Below are positions 60,907 through 64,000 of a stretch of 64,000 nucleotides of DNA, piece after piece (position 1 is the stretch's first letter; every line of letters begins with the position of its first letter). The translations under genes were made by a program, and so were the position numbers. Below the pieces are notes generated by a model. The model saw nothing but the letters and a program-made list of their open reading frames with translations, was not told where the DNA came from and searched no databases. Source of the DNA: Nitrosopumilus sp. GTDB lineage: Archaea > Thermoproteota > Nitrososphaeria > Nitrososphaerales > Nitrosopumilaceae. Where the stretch lies: positions 1,952,001 through 2,016,000 of the forward strand of contig OZ252243.1 in the NCBI GenBank assembly GCA_965249555.1. The letters are read 5' to 3'.

Positions 60907-61312
60907 TATAATTTTGATTTTATTTTTTCATATTCTTCTAAAGTAATTTCTCCTTTGACTAGCCTTGTTTGAAGAATATCTTTGGGATTTGATCCAATAA
61001 TTGGTTGAATTAGTTTTTTCCTTATTGTCTCTCTGTTTATAGAAATAAGTTTAGAGTTATCATCTACTTTTCTCTTAATCCCATAAACTGCCCAAATAAT
61101 ATGCCCAATCCTGCAACTGCAAGTGAAATTTGTACAATATCTGAGTTATTCTTTAATTGTTGTGTAGACTCAACTATAGATGATGCTTGCGCTTCTGGTA
61201 TGATTTCTTTATCAATTATTTGTTGATCCTTGTGTACTTCCTCCTATTTGCCTTGAAATTTCAACCTCTGTTTCATAATATGTTACAGATATGATCTCTT
61301 GTTTTCCCGTAG

Positions 61313-61648
61313 TTAGAAATGGTAAAGCATTGGTAACGGCTGACCTTCCCCCTCTAGTGCTCCTAATTGATCATGAAATATGTTAATTGAAGTTGAGCCT
61401 GCTAAATAATCCTCAACTGAAATGAACATAGTGAATTCTTGTTCATAATATTCCGTAATGTCTCCTAGTCCTGATCTAGGGGTAAATTCTGTAAAAGCTG
61501 AATAACTTCCTTTCTTAATCACTAACTCTTCTTTATCAAATAGTATTTCTTTAAAATCATGGCTAGTGTTAATTGAACTGTCTGGGTTTTCCACATTCAA
61601 TTTAAAATGAATGTCTTCTTCTGCTATAACTGGTATTGCATCAGGCAT
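61313..61648 (-). pseudogene. Fragment of a hypothetical (probably surface) protein
   Basis: Acidic 111-aa ORF within a region of broken reading frames. Confidence 0.4.
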
Positions 61649-61707
61649 TTAATAATTGCACAATTGCAAATCCCTAGATGTAGTAAATGTGGTACATATA
61701 CAAAATA

Positions 61708-61778
61708 GAAGGCGATGATGAAATGCATGCCGTGAGATCTCATCATAGAGATGAATAGGAGATAATCTCTGAGCCTTC
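61708..61778 (+). ncRNA. Box C/D sRNA
   Basis: Terminal stem GAAGGC/GCCTTC enclosing box C ATGATGA (61715-61721) and box D CTGA (61769-61772); possible D'/C' GTGA / AGATGA. Confidence 0.75.
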
Positions 61779-61824
61779 AATAAATGATAGATTTTATAGT
61801 TATTATAGGTTTAGAATAAAAAAA

Positions 61825-62290
61825 TTAGAAGATGGGTACCAATCCCAAATCGTATTGTATGTAAGTCCAAGGAGTAACAGCACCAAATTGTCTACCATCA
61901 GAAAATGAACCAACACCCAAAATTATACCTACAAACTCAACTTCATCGTTACCATTAGGTGTAGTATATACAGAACCACCACTATCACCATCTACAGGTA
62001 CAAATGAAGACCTAAGAACAAAGGCATTGTAACCATCAGGCAAAGTCAAATAACTCAAAGAACTAATCACAGTACCAGACATTTCACCGGACATAAAACC
62101 AGTATCTTGTACACGTTCACCATTTCTCATGACATCAGAATCAGTTACAGTGTATGTTGTACCACTACTTTTGTAAATAGACAATGGTTCTACAGTTGGT
62201 TTGTATTCTTGATCATTTCCAAAACATAGAGTAACAAATACATCCCATTGATCTTGATTCAGATAGCCTACACTTACTACATCCTAGATT
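61825..62290 (-). pseudogene. C-terminal fragment of a trypsin-like serine protease
   Basis: TGFMSG...GTV, GDSGGSVY, FVGIILG, TPWTYI; N-terminal His motif missing. Confidence 0.7.
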
Positions 62291-62300
62291 GATACCTTGA

Positions 62301-63524
62301 TTATCTCTTTTTTCTGATTTGTTGTACTACCATTGGTAGAAATGCACCAACATCTGATACAATTCCTAGTGCTTGCCATGTTCCTCTATCCATAAGTTTT
62401 GTAACTGTTGGCTGATTGATATCAACAACAATCACCTTAACATTGGCTGGAAGCATATTTCCAGTTGCAATTGAATGAAGCATAGTAGAAATCATAATCA
62501 CCATATTTGCATCTTTTAGAATTTTTTTGTATTCATATTGTGCTTGAGTAACATCAGTGATGACATCTGGTAATGGCCCATCATCTCGAATTGAACCTGC
62601 CAATACAAATGGTACTTTATTTTTTACACATTCATACATGATTCCTTTTCTCAATTTCTTGGACTTTACCATCTTTGCAATAGACCCTGCTTTAAAAACA
62701 GCATTAATTGCATCCATGTGATTTCTATGTCCGTGATATGCCAAGGATCCATCACGTACATTCATTCCAAGTGATGTCCCAAGTGTGGCATATTCTATAT
62801 CATGAACCGCAAGAGCATTTCCTGCTAATATGCCATCAATGTACCCTAATTTGATTAATTCTGATACTGCATCAGATGCACCAGTATGTACTATGGCAGG
62901 ACCACCAACAAGTACTATTTTTCCACCTTTCTTTTTGGTATTATAGATGTCTTCTGCAACTTTTTTTGCAATATGTTGAGTTGGTCTTTCACTAGAGCTT
63001 GAACTTCCCATAAACTCAAAAACATTAACTCCATCTCTTGGACGTTCAGGTGGTGTAATTTTAATTCCTTTTTCACCAATCACTATTTGGTCTCCTTTTT
63101 TAACATCTCTTACTGGTACACAAAATGCTTTGTTTCCTTTTACAACAATGCATTTATCCATCATCATATTTTCAACTTGAAACCATTTCCCTTTATGGAA
63201 AACTTGTGTGTGATTGTTTGTGGTACTGTAAAAATTATCAGGCATTACATAGTTTTTTGGAGATTTTTTTAGTTTGATTTCTTTTTGAATCTTGGATACT
63301 GCCCCTTCTCGATAAATTGTTTCTAAAATACTATCCAGATGTTTTTGATTTTTACCCTTAACAAGTAACTGAACATAAGATTGATCTTTTTTTTGCTTAC
63401 CGATATCAATTTCTTTAACTTGAAATTCTCCTTTCAGGTCCATTATCTTATCAAAGATCTTAGTTAAAATCAAAGAGTCAATTAAATGACCGCTAACTTC
63501 GATCTCTTGAGAAAACTTGCTCAT
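62301..63524 (-). CDS. TIGR00300-family (LOR/SDH-related, ornithine cyclodeaminase-like) protein
   Basis: GHLIDS, PDNFYSTTN, FEFM.S..SSE, GGPAIVHTG, GNALAVHDIE, LAGSIRDDGPLP. Confidence 0.9.
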   Translation of the reverse strand: MSKFSQEIEVSGHLIDSLILTKIFDKIMDLKGEFQVKEIDIGKQKKDQSYVQLLVKGKNQKHLDSILETIYREGAVSKIQKEIKLKKSPKNYVMPDNFYSTTNNHTQVFHKGKWFQVENMMMDKCIVVKGNKAFCVPVRDVKKGDQIVIGEKGIKITPPERPRDGVNVFEFMGSSSSSERPTQHIAKKVAEDIYNTKKKGGKIVLVGGPAIVHTGASDAVSELIKLGYIDGILAGNALAVHDIEYATLGTSLGMNVRDGSLAYHGHRNHMDAINAVFKAGSIAKMVKSKKLRKGIMYECVKNKVPFVLAGSIRDDGPLPDVITDVTQAQYEYKKILKDANMVIMISTMLHSIATGNMLPANVKVIVVDINQPTVTKLMDRGTWQALGIVSDVGAFLPMVVQQIRKKR

Positions 63525-63582
63525 TTTATTATTCTCTATATCCTAATAACTAAAGGTTTACGTTTTGTTTCAAGGCTGAAAA

Positions 63583-63930
63583 TTAGACGGGTAGGATAAC
63601 TTTACCTTCAAATTTTTTGATGTTATCTGCCTCAAATGCTTTCTCCAAATTTTCTTTTTGTTGTTTGGTCACACCTTGAACTATTGTTTTTGAAGAACCA
63701 GTTTTGTCAACTAGTGCAAGAATATATCCACTATTGTCAGTCAAAACAAAACCTGCTGATTCATCAACAAATGCATATAGATTTTCTTCTCCTACAGGTT
63801 CCCAAACATCAGATTTATTGGCAATTAAGGCTAATGCTGGCATTGCTCGTCCATCAGTTAATTTGTTGAGATACCCTCTGGCATCTGAAACTCTTTTTTG
63901 ACCTAGTTTTAAGGCCTGGAAATATTGCAT
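63583..63930 (-). CDS. Conserved hypothetical protein
   Basis: 115-aa ORF co-oriented with the TIGR00300 gene. Confidence 0.75.
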   Translation of the reverse strand: MQYFQALKLGQKRVSDARGYLNKLTDGRAMPALALIANKSDVWEPVGEENLYAFVDESAGFVLTDNSGYILALVDKTGSSKTIVQGVTKQQKENLEKAFEADNIKKFEGKVILPV

Positions 63931-64000
63931 GCTTCCAAAATAATTGGATTGCTATAAAAACAATCTCTCTCCAAAAGATTGTTATATAATCTCAGATTTT

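Overview
AT-rich archaeal chromosomal segment. Gene content points to Nitrososphaerota (Thaumarchaeota), Nitrosopumilus-like: aRF1, PurP, AspRS-gatCAB, a CFI-box-CTERM protein, DUF6659-like proteins and an IPDWIK-type surface motif. Core blocks are pfkB-nadK-pyrG-trpEGDCBA (3.7-13.5 kb) and ilvD...prf1...cbtBA-phnDCE-purP-aspS-gatCAB-acs-aminotransferase (40.6-61 kb). Accessory regions are a type III R-M locus (0-3 kb), a long variable region (13.9-40.3 kb) and a small decayed island (61-62.3 kb). The variable region holds a dead tyrosine integrase, a bacterial-type NAD-dependent formate dehydrogenase, toxin-antitoxin/defence remnants, an IS66 remnant, a truncated surface serine protease and many unannotated zinc-binding microproteins. 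The most striking unexplained signal is a ~400-bp non-coding cassette present in two diverged copies (16206-16609, 21551-21933). Each copy looks like two divergently transcribed structured RNAs, with conserved TATA spacing and compensatory base changes. Several other orphan structured-RNA candidates and one clear C/D-box sRNA are also present. No tRNA, rRNA or CRISPR array was seen. All calls are by eye, without database searches.
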